Position numbers and translations under genes: made by a program. DNA of 64,000 bases. It comes from a virus (lineage: Duplodnaviria; Caudoviricetes). Where the stretch lies: IMG/VR virus record IMGVR_UViG_3300020177_000966; one strand, written 5' to 3'. The notes under the pieces were generated by a model. The model was not told the origin of the DNA. It searched no databases and saw only the letters and a list, made by a program, of their open reading frames with translations. Position 1 is the first letter of the stretch; every line of letters starts with the position of its first letter. Of this stretch, positions 1-9,711 are shown in pieces.

Positions 1-2
1 TT

Positions 3-1934
3 TGTTGTTCCTAAATTTGTACTAACAGTTGCAGAACCTTGTAATAGTCCGTCAACAAATAATCTTAAAGTTGTACCAACTCGTGTTACCATAATATGAT
101 AAAACGTAGTGTTGATTAATGTAATAGCCGGTGCAATTAAAGTAGTGTTGCCAATGTCAACTTTAGGTGCTCTGTCAACTGTATAAAAGTGTAATGCATC
201 ATCAGTTGCTGATCCTGCTCTAAAATCAAAAATTGATTCAGTACCAAGATCGTCGCTAATATAAATCCATCCTTCTACACTAAAATCTCCAGTGCCAAAA
301 CCAAAGTCAGACTGTGTAGTAATTGTAAATCTATCATCTGTACCATCAAATAAACCAATGCCTGTTCCGTATTTTACAGGAGCAGATGTTACTGCTTGTG
401 CGTTTCCAACTGCTGTAACTGTTTTCTTAGCTCTACTTAATGGTAGAATATAGCCGCTTGGCTTACCATCAATTATTACAGTATCAGTGTCTACACTTTC
501 AATTGTTGATGATGCAAGTGTTGTACCGTTTGCATCTTTAAGTGTAATAGTTTGACCAGGTGCTACTGCTGATCCGCTAAATCCGGAATATTTAATTTTT
601 GTTTTGCCGTCGCCTTTTAGACCTGCTACGCCGTCAACAATTTCAATTCCTTTATCTGCAAAGTATGTGAATGAACTTAACCATTCGACTCTACCGCCGT
701 TAGTAATTTTTAAACCACCAACACCGGGTGTAATAAATGTTACACTATGGAATAATATCGACGCTTCTTTAGAATCTGCATTAGCAATACTGCCGTCGAC
801 TAATGCGCCTCGGCCTGCATCACCACTTGCAAATCCTCTTGGATCATCATTAGATGTTGTAGTTCCTTTTGTGATTACACTAACGTTTTTTACGTATGGT
901 GATCTTTCATATGTTCTAAAATTATTTGCAAAACGGAAAGCGTATCCTGTATTTGCACCACTATTGTAATAAAAATCTTTAACAGTTATGTCTTCAACTG
1001 TTGTGTCACCGTTTAATAAAAAAGCATCATTACTTTGTGTTCCACTTGTTGGAGTAATTTCTACTGAACGTATACTATGTCCTTTTACTGTAACTCCTAA
1101 CGGTACTGTTAATGGAAATGCTTCTTGATATTGTCCTGGATAAATGTAAACAGTATCACCTAAACTAGCAAGTTCTAATGCCTTTGTAATAGTTAGTACA
1201 GGATCTTGTGGGTGTGTGCCTGTTTGATTATCACCGCCGTTAGTAGCAACATAAATGATATTTCCTGGAATACTAATTAGGTCAATGTTACCAAAATCCA
1301 AATCATTTGTTGTTAATGTATTTGTTGTAACGTTACCAAAAAATCCAGTTGCCCAACGCTTACTCGCTGATCCAATATTATAAGTATCGTCAATATCAGG
1401 TAAAATGTTACTTGCAATGTCTGCGTTAATATAAATGTTATCAGTGTCGTCGTCGCCGATAACAATGTTGCCGTCGGCACTAATATTGCCTGTAGCATGT
1501 AAATTACCAGTAATTACAGTATTACCTACAATGTTTACGGTTCCGGTACCGTTTGCACGAATAAACAAATCACTGTTAGTATTTGTGTTTTCTAAAAAGT
1601 TATTATTAATTTCTAAGTCGCCGACTACTACTCTATTGCCTACAATAGTATTATCAGCTGTTGCGATTGCAAATTCTTGTGCAGAAGTTGAAATAGTAGC
1701 AGTGTCACCATTAATTGTAACATTACCAATATTAAAAACGTTATTTGTAATTTCTAGATCTGTTACACGGGCAATGCCTGCAACGTCTAATGCGTATTGA
1801 GGATTTGTAGTTTTTACACCGATCCGACGGTTTGTTACATCTAAGTATAAAAGGTCTGTCTCGAAGGCTAAATTCGCTCCATTGCGGAGTAAGTTATCCT
1901 TTAAGAGAGGACCCGATATGCGACCAATTGCCAT
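3..1934 (-). CDS. Large virion structural/fibre protein, 3'-truncated by window edge (beta-helix/DUF1565-like region followed by a LamG/concanavalin-like domain)
   Basis: Not in the ORF track because it has no stop inside the window. ATG at 1934 follows AAGGAG. My translation reads MAIGRISGPLLKDNLLRNGANLAFETDLLYLDV...IYVATNGGDN...YPGQYQEAFPLTVP...DFSVEGWIY...YHIMVTRVGTTLRLFVDG. Paralog of 2072..7309. Confidence 0.85.
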   Translation of the reverse strand, partial: MAIGRISGPLLKDNLLRNGANLAFETDLLYLDVTNRRIGVKTTNPQYALDVAGIARVTDLEITNNVFNIGNVTINGDTATISTSAQEFAIATADNTIVGNRVVVGDLEINNNFLENTNTNSDLFIRANGTGTVNIVGNTVITGNLHATGNISADGNIVIGDDDTDNIYINADIASNILPDIDDTYNIGSASKRWATGFFGNVTTNTLTTNDLDFGNIDLISIPGNIIYVATNGGDNQTGTHPQDPVLTITKALELASLGDTVYIYPGQYQEAFPLTVPLGVTVKGHSIRSVEITPTSGTQSNDAFLLNGDTTVEDITVKDFYYNSGANTGYAFRFANNFRTYERSPYVKNVSVITKGTTTSNDDPRGFASGDAGRGALVDGSIANADSKEASILFHSVTFITPGVGGLKITNGGRVEWLSSFTYFADKGIEIVDGVAGLKGDGKTKIKYSGFSGSAVAPGQTITLKDANGTTLASSTIESVDTDTVIIDGKPSGYILPLSRAKKTVTAVGNAQAVTSAPVKYGTGIGLFDGTDDRFTITTQSDFGFGTGDFSVEGWIYISDDLGTESIFDFRAGSATDDALHFYTVDRAPKVDIGNTTLIAPAITLINTTFYHIMVTRVGTTLRLFVDGLLQGSATVSTNLGTT

Positions 1935-2046
1935 CTTCTCTCCTTAATACGGGGATCCTGTCCCTCTAGCCTAAATTTTCAGCTTTCGCTCTTTGCCGGC
2001 TAACCACAGTTTGTCAGCAACGGCCTGGTCTGCCCTTCGTTGCATT
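1935..2046 (-). ncRNA. Candidate structured cis-regulatory 5' leader
   Basis: 51 of 93 nt are G+C over 1951-2043, in an AT-rich genome. Stems GCAACG/CGUUGC, UUAGCC/GGCUAG, AGC-GAAA-GCU and GGGA/UCCC lie between a late promoter (2052-2058) and the SD. Confidence 0.5.
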
Positions 2047-2051
2047 AATAT

Positions 2052-2058
2052 TATTTAT
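2052..2058 (-). promoter_or_regulatory. Late promoter ATAAATA
   Basis: Matches the T4 late consensus TATAAATA core; sits upstream of the 1934 gene leader. Confidence 0.6.
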
Positions 2059-2071
2059 CTGATTTGGGAAA

Positions 2072-5000
2072 TTAGTCTAGGATAAGGTTGAATATATAAG
2101 CTAAATTTTCAACATCAGATGCTTCAATACTTTCAACTTCACCTGCCGCATTAATCCAGTCAGAACCGTTCCAAGTTTCTACGTATTCTAGATCTAAGTT
2201 GTATCTTGTATGTCCAACTTCAGGTATTCCAGGACGTTCTGCTGTAGTACCTTGCGGGATAACCATACCGCTTACATTATCAATTTTTAGAAAAGCTCTG
2301 TTATTAGTATTTGTTAAATTAAAGATAAAATTGGCAGCACTAGCATTAACTAACTCACTATCTCTAAAGTGAACTTCTTGTATTTTAGTGAAACCAGTAC
2401 CGTTTGATCTTAATATACTATTTCCACCTTCTACATCATTACTAACAACATTTCCGTCTATACTAAATTTATGATCACTACTAAATCCAGATGATTCAAG
2501 TAGTGTACCATTTAACGTGTGATTTGTTTGTCCGTTAGTAACAAAGTTAAATTGGTTATTACTTAGGTCTAAATATGTGTTTCTATCAGTATCATAAATA
2601 CCGTCTAAAGAAACTGCACCTAAAATTTCAGTACCTTCAAATGTATTATAAGTGGTATTATATCTAATTCCGCCTTGTACTGACGGTCTTTCAGCCGGTG
2701 ATCCTTTTGGTAAAGACAAATCACTAATAGCATTTATTCTTAAAGAATCTGTTGGAGAAAATTCTACATCTCGTTTTGTTCCGCCTAATACATTTGTAAC
2801 TTCAGTCCAGTAATCAATTGACGGACTATTTGTTATAGGAAAACCATAAGTGTTATTAATAATAATATTTCTACCAGCTACGTCTTGCAATTGCAATAAT
2901 ACATCATTATACGGATCCCATAAACTAGTAATTGTTCCAGAACGCCATTCTAAACTTCCTGCTACTGATGCTGTTAACAAATACAAATATTCATATACTA
3001 AGTTTGTGTATGATAATCCTGTTGGATCAGTGTACCATGCAAAGGGAGGATAATTATATCCAACTTGTCCGCCAGCTTGAAAGCCTCCTCGAGCCGCGTC
3101 CATTGCGTTAGTAACTGTAGACGGTCGTGTAATACTTAACGGAATATGTAAACTAGATATTTTCGGAATTAATAAGTCTTTTAGAATTTTTTCAGATGCA
3201 ATATCTCGTTGGTTTCCGACGCCGTCTCCTAAGAAGTTATTCATTTCATCTTCAAAAACACTAAATGTTCTGTTAACTTTAAATGCTCCTAATTGTGTAC
3301 TTAAACTAGACTCTTCGGCAGCATTTGCATAAACTACTATAGCAAACAATCCATCTGAAAACTCTGCATAAAGATCATTATTATCTACAACTCCGTCAAA
3401 GTTATTATCAAGATAACTTGCTAAAATATTAGCGGCATGCTTTACTGCATCTAAAGATGCTGTTGCTGTACCAAGAACTGGTATACCAAATATAGTTGTC
3501 CATTTTGGTAGCAACGATCTTAATGAATCAAATCCATTAAAGATGCTAGGAAATCCTGGATCAGTAGATGAATTTACTACGAACTCTCCTTCAGGATCAA
3601 ATTTACCTATAATTTTATTATCTTCAAATTTTAAATTATCAATGAAGACAGCGCCTGTGCCAGTTGCTAAAATATTTAAATCAGCATTAGTTTCATTAGT
3701 ACTAATTTCAGATGTTGTAATGTTAATACTGTCTGTTGCCAACAAGTCAGTATACAATTCTTTCCAACGTTTTGTTTCATTTCCTAATGTTAATCCGTCT
3801 GAATCTCCTGGAAGAAAATCTTGAGTAATGGCCATATTAAAGTCAACAGTATCATTAGGACTATCACCAATATTATTGATTGCACCGTCAACTGTTAAGT
3901 TTCCTGAAACATTCATAGAAGGTGCTGTTACGTTACCTTGTAAATTTATTACTCCAACGCTGTCAATATTTAAATTTGATCTAGTAGCTTCAATTGTATT
4001 TCCTGCAATAACAATGTTATCTAAATTAATTTGACTTGGTTGAATTGTAATTATATCGTTACCGTTTCTTAAGATTGCTGTTACATTTGTAGCAAAAATG
4101 CTTTCAATATCAAAACTAGTTCTTTCATTTTCTAAATCAACAAGGAAATTATCACCAACTCTAAAATTGCCTCGTTGGTCTTGGCTTGAATAATACACCT
4201 TTGCATTGTTTAGTTCAATAACTTCATTTTCTTGTAGAGTAAATGTATTATCGTTAGTAACATCTTTACCTGCGCCAATGTATGCAAAATTATAGTTAAT
4301 TAGATATGCTAAACAATTTTCGCCATCGGCTTCGATACCTTTGTTTCCGTATACAGATGCACTTGAAATACTTCTAAGTTCTGCTCCATATTCAATAGTA
4401 CTATCCGGTAGTAATCTTCCGGTACCTTGTGTTAGATAAAGTCCTCTATTAGCAAAATATGTAAAACTATTAAGCCATTCTATTCTTACACCGTTTGTTG
4501 CTGTTAGTGCATCAACACCTGGAGTAATAAATGTACAACTATGAAAAAGTATACTAGCAGATCTACTATTTTGTAAGACAACACTTCCGTCAACTAATGC
4601 ACCTTTACCTGCATCGCCGCTTGCAAATCCTCTTGGATCGCTCGGACTTGTTGTTGTACCTTTTGTAATAACTGTTACATTTCTGATATAAGGACTTCTT
4701 CCGGGAGTTTGTTCAAATATAGTTGTTGAGAAATTATTAGCAAAACGGAAAGCATATCCAGTGTCGTTACTACTGTTATAATAAAAATCTTTAATTGTAA
4801 TATTTTCAATCGTAGTATCACTATTAACTAAAAATGCATCGTTACTTTGTGTAGCCGACGTAGGTGATATTTCTACACTTCTTAAAGATGCTCCTTGGAT
4901 AGTAACTCCTTTAGGAACAGTTAAGGGAAATGCTTCTTGGTATTGACCTGGATAAACATAAATTAAATCGCCTGTTGTTGCAGTACTAAGTGCCTTTGCA

Positions 5001-7309
5001 ATTGTTGCAAACGGACCGCCCGGGTTTGTTCCTTCGTTATTATCATTACCGTTGTTGGTTGAAACAAAAATAATACCAACATTTTTTGTTAATTCAATTC
5101 CTTGATAAACAATACCGTTAGCTTGAACCCTGTCAGCAGTTAGTTCTTCAACTGCAATTTTAAATCTCTTACCTACATTACCTATAGTAAACGTATCTGT
5201 TTGATCTGGAATAATATCAGATTTAAAATCTGCAAAAAACGATGCAGTATCAGTACTATCGTCGCCTATGATTAATGAACTTTCATTACCGCTGATTGTT
5301 GCTTGGTGTATATAAACTCGACCAGCTTCAGTTGATCCGTCTACAGTTTCAAGAGGTGCTCCAATAATTGTATGAGCATCGTCATTAATTCCTACATTAA
5401 ATGCAAATTTATGATCAGTTCCGGGATTAGGATTAGTAACCTTCGAAACCATTAGTCCGGTATTTGTATTAAACACATATGCAATACCACTACTGTTAAA
5501 ACTAGCAGTATCTTCTCCAGGAGTTCCAACAATTGCCCATGTTCCTGAAATATCTACACTTGATCCAAACTGATCATCTTGACTGGTTCCAAAATCATTA
5601 GGGTTTGTTAATGTTAATAGCAATGCTCCCGTAGTTACGTTAAAAATATATGCCTTACCTGCATTACTATTGCTAGGCTCATCTTCACCAGGTGCACCAA
5701 CAATAATTTTATTTCCACTTAAAGATATTGCTTCACCAAATCTATCATCGGTACTTGTGCTAAATGTATTTGGATTTTGTAAAGTTCTAGATAGTGCTCC
5801 TGTAGATGCATTAAAAATGTAAACAACGCCAACTTCTGTATCAGTAGCAGTATCTTCTCCTAATGCACTTGCCGCAACATTATTTCCATCAATAGATACA
5901 ACAGTACCAAAATAGTCATTTGTTTTTGTTCCGTATACGTTAGGATTATTAATTGTTTCTTCTAATACACCAGTACTATTATTAAATACATAAATTATTC
6001 CCGAGTTATTACCTGTTGCTTCATCTTCAAATCTTGCACCTACAGCACAAAAAGTCCCACTAATAGATACTGATTGTCCAAAATAGTCATCTTGCGATGT
6101 TCCGTAGTTATTTGGATTTGATAACGTATGTAATAACGATCCAGTAGTTACATCAAATATGTATGCCCTACCTTCATTATTTCCGTATGTACTTGCACCA
6201 ACGATTGCATAGTTGCCGCTAATATGCACGGAATCACCAAATTGTGTATTTGATGCTCCTGCATCAGGATTTGATAAAGTATGTAATAATTGTCCAGTAG
6301 TGATATTATAGATATACGCTTTACCTTCACTACTAAACGATGCTGAATCTTCATCTGGTGCACCGATAATACCAAAGTTACCGGCAACTGCTACTGTTTG
6401 ACCAAAATGATCATTAGCATCAGTTCCGTAGGCATTTGGATTATTTACAGTATACCATAAAGAATATCCTTCGAATATTTGTTCTGCACCGTATGTAATA
6501 TCACCAGTAGCGTGTAAATTACCTGTTACTGTAACAGTTCCGCCTGATTGGATTTGTAATTCTCTTGGAGCACTTCGCGGATAATATTTTTTTACATATG
6601 CTTTAAATGCTTCAGGATTTGGGTGATCTGCTAGTGTTCTTGATGCTGGAAATGCAGTTCCGTTAATGAACTGTGTATTCATTGTAAGAATTTTTAAAGC
6701 ATCATCTACTTGAATATCTCCATCACCATCAAAGTCAAATGCAACTAATTCTTCAGCAGTCCAGGTACCTGCCTGTGCTCTTGCTATTGCGTCGTCATAA
6801 AGTCTATCGCCATCGTTAGGAGGAGAATCTGCACTAATCTTTGGTCCAGGGTACCAATAATTACCATAATTACCGTTATAATTCCAGGCAACTGTTTGGC
6901 CATCATAGACTTCTGATCTTAAACCAACACTATCATTAGTTCCTAATGCTATAAGACCGTCGCCCTTAACAGCAAAATTATAACTACCAATACCGTTAGT
7001 AACAATATAACCTTCGGGATGTGTTGATTTAATATTAATGTTTCCGCTTGATGTACTAATACCGGTAGTAGCAAGAGTAAGGTCGCCAATTTTTAAACTA
7101 TTATCAAAAATAATATCAGGCTCACTAGTACCTGATGATGTACGTAATGTACCGTTAATAGTTAAGTTTCTAGGAGTTGTAGTTGTATTAATACCAAGAG
7201 TATTATCTCTTTTTACAACTAAAAGGTCATTGTCAAACTTAAGATCCGAAAGTTCTCGTAATAAGTTATCTTGTAGTAATTGACCGCCTATGCGAGCGAC
7301 TTGTGCCAT
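2072..7309 (-). CDS. 1745-aa multidomain virion fibre/adhesin protein (FG-GAP beta-propeller, beta-helix, fibre repeats)
   Basis: Seven FG-GAP-like repeats (FGxxVxIxGxxxIVGAPxED). DUF1565-like IFVSTNNGND...YPGQYQEAFPL. C-terminal PxGTxAERP...RYNxD repeats. Confidence 0.8.
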   Translation of the reverse strand: MAQVARIGGQLLQDNLLRELSDLKFDNDLLVVKRDNTLGINTTTTPRNLTINGTLRTSSGTSEPDIIFDNSLKIGDLTLATTGISTSSGNINIKSTHPEGYIVTNGIGSYNFAVKGDGLIALGTNDSVGLRSEVYDGQTVAWNYNGNYGNYWYPGPKISADSPPNDGDRLYDDAIARAQAGTWTAEELVAFDFDGDGDIQVDDALKILTMNTQFINGTAFPASRTLADHPNPEAFKAYVKKYYPRSAPRELQIQSGGTVTVTGNLHATGDITYGAEQIFEGYSLWYTVNNPNAYGTDANDHFGQTVAVAGNFGIIGAPDEDSASFSSEGKAYIYNITTGQLLHTLSNPDAGASNTQFGDSVHISGNYAIVGASTYGNNEGRAYIFDVTTGSLLHTLSNPNNYGTSQDDYFGQSVSISGTFCAVGARFEDEATGNNSGIIYVFNNSTGVLEETINNPNVYGTKTNDYFGTVVSIDGNNVAASALGEDTATDTEVGVVYIFNASTGALSRTLQNPNTFSTSTDDRFGEAISLSGNKIIVGAPGEDEPSNSNAGKAYIFNVTTGALLLTLTNPNDFGTSQDDQFGSSVDISGTWAIVGTPGEDTASFNSSGIAYVFNTNTGLMVSKVTNPNPGTDHKFAFNVGINDDAHTIIGAPLETVDGSTEAGRVYIHQATISGNESSLIIGDDSTDTASFFADFKSDIIPDQTDTFTIGNVGKRFKIAVEELTADRVQANGIVYQGIELTKNVGIIFVSTNNGNDNNEGTNPGGPFATIAKALSTATTGDLIYVYPGQYQEAFPLTVPKGVTIQGASLRSVEISPTSATQSNDAFLVNSDTTIENITIKDFYYNSSNDTGYAFRFANNFSTTIFEQTPGRSPYIRNVTVITKGTTTSPSDPRGFASGDAGKGALVDGSVVLQNSRSASILFHSCTFITPGVDALTATNGVRIEWLNSFTYFANRGLYLTQGTGRLLPDSTIEYGAELRSISSASVYGNKGIEADGENCLAYLINYNFAYIGAGKDVTNDNTFTLQENEVIELNNAKVYYSSQDQRGNFRVGDNFLVDLENERTSFDIESIFATNVTAILRNGNDIITIQPSQINLDNIVIAGNTIEATRSNLNIDSVGVINLQGNVTAPSMNVSGNLTVDGAINNIGDSPNDTVDFNMAITQDFLPGDSDGLTLGNETKRWKELYTDLLATDSINITTSEISTNETNADLNILATGTGAVFIDNLKFEDNKIIGKFDPEGEFVVNSSTDPGFPSIFNGFDSLRSLLPKWTTIFGIPVLGTATASLDAVKHAANILASYLDNNFDGVVDNNDLYAEFSDGLFAIVVYANAAEESSLSTQLGAFKVNRTFSVFEDEMNNFLGDGVGNQRDIASEKILKDLLIPKISSLHIPLSITRPSTVTNAMDAARGGFQAGGQVGYNYPPFAWYTDPTGLSYTNLVYEYLYLLTASVAGSLEWRSGTITSLWDPYNDVLLQLQDVAGRNIIINNTYGFPITNSPSIDYWTEVTNVLGGTKRDVEFSPTDSLRINAISDLSLPKGSPAERPSVQGGIRYNTTYNTFEGTEILGAVSLDGIYDTDRNTYLDLSNNQFNFVTNGQTNHTLNGTLLESSGFSSDHKFSIDGNVVSNDVEGGNSILRSNGTGFTKIQEVHFRDSELVNASAANFIFNLTNTNNRAFLKIDNVSGMVIPQGTTAERPGIPEVGHTRYNLDLEYVETWNGSDWINAAGEVESIEASDVENLAYIFNLILD

Positions 7310-7344
7310 TAGGTTCCCTCTCTAACTTCTTACTTGTATTTATT

Positions 7345-7848
7345 TTACTTGTCGAAGTTATGTAGTACTTGGACAACCTTACCAGTAGGGACAGCTGAAC
7401 CAAATGATAGATATGTTCCTGGAGTTTTTCCTGCTGGATTTTGCACAAGAGAATAGTTAGTGTTTGCTAACTGAAAAACGTTTTCAATAGTTACTAAAAT
7501 GTTATTTTCAGATACCGGTATAGGATAGTAACTATCGTTTGAATCTAGTGGTCCAAATAATGTTTCAACTCCGTCACCGTTTCCTAAATTTTGTTGATGA
7601 ATAACAGTAGGTTCTCTAAATCTAATAGGTTTCCATGCCGCATTTTGTCTTACTTCAAAGTCTCCGGTATCAGTATTATATCTAACCATACCTTCTGTTG
7701 GAATAAACGGTCTGTCGTTTTGCGTTCCTTTAGGAACAATCACAGCTGAATTAGTATTCATTGTGATTAAACCAAGAGAGTCTACGTTTACTCCTTTTGT
7801 GTCGGCATTAATTCCTCTAGATGTTGTTTGTGCTTTAATAAATCGCAT
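7345..7848 (-). CDS. Virion structural protein (PKGTQNDRP...GMVRYNTDTG fibre-type repeat)
   Basis: Shares a repeat motif with the C-terminus of 2072..7309; coupled to the upstream gene by a TAATG overlap. Confidence 0.65.
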   Translation of the reverse strand: MRFIKAQTTSRGINADTKGVNVDSLGLITMNTNSAVIVPKGTQNDRPFIPTEGMVRYNTDTGDFEVRQNAAWKPIRFREPTVIHQQNLGNGDGVETLFGPLDSNDSYYPIPVSENNILVTIENVFQLANTNYSLVQNPAGKTPGTYLSFGSAVPTGKVVQVLHNFDK

Positions 7849-8195
7849 TATACTTCCAAATAACTAACTGTAGCAAGTAAATATTCTTTACCTGCTTGTC
7901 CCATAGCTACAATACTGTCTCCTTCTTCCAATACAATCTTTTCTGTATCAAAAGAAAATGTATCAGCACCTGCTACTTTTAAATCATTTAATATTTGATT
8001 AGAGTTTGGATCTGCATATCCTTTTGTTTGGCCGCTTGGAATAAAATGTAGATCAAAAGTTGCATCATTGCCGCCGCCTGTATCTGCAGGTTGTGAATTG
8101 CAAACCATAATAGTAGTAATAGCATATCTTTTACCTGCTGGAACTGTTAACAACGTTGTATCTGAAGAAGTAATTTTTTTATTTGTAATTGCCAT
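7848..8195 (-). CDS. Small conserved phage structural protein
   Basis: 115-aa ORF with an AGGAAAA SD, inside the structural operon. Confidence 0.65.
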   Translation of the reverse strand: MAITNKKITSSDTTLLTVPAGKRYAITTIMVCNSQPADTGGGNDATFDLHFIPSGQTKGYADPNSNQILNDLKVAGADTFSFDTEKIVLEEGDSIVAMGQAGKEYLLATVSYLEV

Positions 8196-8206
8196 TTGTT
8201 TTTCCT

Positions 8207-9172
8207 TTAAAATAACATACTATATAACAATGATTTATTAGTACTTATCAATTCATCTTCATAGTTGTTTTTGTTTTTATACCATACTCCTGAATTACCA
8301 AAGCCGGGATTCTTTGCATAAATTCCAATGTCATTAGCACTACTAGCAATTACAGTTGCATCGCTCTGTATAGGCATTCTTAAAACACTGTCAATTTTTA
8401 CAAAAGGTGATCCGTTACTACTAAGTGTCAAATCGTCGCCGCTTGCTGTAGTAGAAATTGTTGCATCATTAAAAATAAGTTGTTCAATCTCTGTGCTGTC
8501 TTGTCTAAATAATGCTACTTCGTATCCGTCAATTGTAACTTTAAATCCGCTAACACCTGGATCTAAACTTTGATCAAAAAGATTAAGCGCAGAGTCACCT
8601 CTTTGAATACTCTGAATTGTAATTGTTTGAATACCTGTTGTAATAGCATCGTCTACATATTTTTTATTAGGTACATCGTCATCATCGGTAACTTGTGCTT
8701 CATAATTGTTTGTTCCGCTAACACTAAGAACTCCTGTACCTGAATTAATTAAGTATAAATCGCCGCCACCGGTTGAAATGCTATTAGTTCTAATACCAAT
8801 CAGTGCGTTGTTTTCGTCTTTAAAAGTAAAAGTTCCGCCTTTAACAGTTTGTGAAATTGGATCATTATGTGTTGTATTTTCATCAAATACAAAAAATACA
8901 TCTGGATAACTTGAACTAGTACCTCTTTCAATTCGTATACCAGACTGATCAAGTGTAATACCTGTAGAACCTTCTTCTCCAGCATTAAGTATAATAATAT
9001 TATCTTTAAGACTTAAATCTTCAGAATTAACAGTTACAGTATTACCGTCAACAACTAGGTCTCCTGTTATTCTAACTTCTCCTAATTCTGCGCCAGTATC
9101 AAGAGTAATTCGATTACCCTGTGGTACTCGTACTGTGTAATTTCCGCTGTTTACATTTAAAGTCTTTGACAT
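8207..9172 (-). CDS. Virion structural protein (fibre-associated)
   Basis: 321 aa. The GDLVVDGNTVTVNSEDLSLKDNIIILN motif is also seen in 55910..57745. Confidence 0.7.
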   Translation of the reverse strand: MSKTLNVNSGNYTVRVPQGNRITLDTGAELGEVRITGDLVVDGNTVTVNSEDLSLKDNIIILNAGEEGSTGITLDQSGIRIERGTSSSYPDVFFVFDENTTHNDPISQTVKGGTFTFKDENNALIGIRTNSISTGGGDLYLINSGTGVLSVSGTNNYEAQVTDDDDVPNKKYVDDAITTGIQTITIQSIQRGDSALNLFDQSLDPGVSGFKVTIDGYEVALFRQDSTEIEQLIFNDATISTTASGDDLTLSSNGSPFVKIDSVLRMPIQSDATVIASSANDIGIYAKNPGFGNSGVWYKNKNNYEDELISTNKSLLYSMLF

Positions 9173-9220
9173 CTAAAATTCCTTGTATGTGTGTGGGGAA
9201 TTTCTCCCCCACACTAATCC

Positions 9221-9595
9221 TTAGATGGCAACTAGTGCCATGTATGACACTGTTGAATCATCTTCAACAGTCCACTTGTAACGATTATTGTTTTCATCTC
9301 TACAAGTTCTGTTGTAAATTTTAGTAACCCATACACTTGAACCATCTGCTGTAATGATGCCGTTAATTGACATTTCATTGTCGGCTAATGAACCGCTTGC
9401 TTTAGCAACTAGTGTACATACACCTTCGTTACCTGATCCAAGTTTTGAATCATCAACTTTAAATTTATTTTGTGATCTTTGTGAAATGATCATACCTTGT
9501 TCTGTAGCTGAGTTTGCTCCAACTTTACAGTTAATTGTTAAGTTAGTACCGTCTGCTAATACACCAAAGTTTCTTTTATTTAATGGACGTCCCAT
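9221..9595 (-). CDS. Hypothetical phage protein
   Basis: 124 aa; AAGGAG SD; own late promoter at 9685-9691. Confidence 0.7.
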   Translation of the reverse strand: MGRPLNKRNFGVLADGTNLTINCKVGANSATEQGMIISQRSQNKFKVDDSKLGSGNEGVCTLVAKASGSLADNEMSINGIITADGSSVWVTKIYNRTCRDENNNRYKWTVEDDSTVSYMALVAI

Positions 9596-9711
9596 TTGTT
9601 TCTCCTTATAAAACGTTCTAGGTCTACGCAGTGGGTCAATTCTGCATAAGTCTATCTATTTGATAGCACGATTTACGACACAAGTATTTATCAAAGTTTA
9701 CTCAAGTCATA

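Noticed and set aside
1951-2010. SAM-I, c-di-GMP-I or glnA riboswitch call for the leader
   Set aside because: Only fragments match (GAGGGAC, CCGGCAA, GGCAAA..GAAA) and their order or partner strands are wrong, so it is left as an unknown motif.
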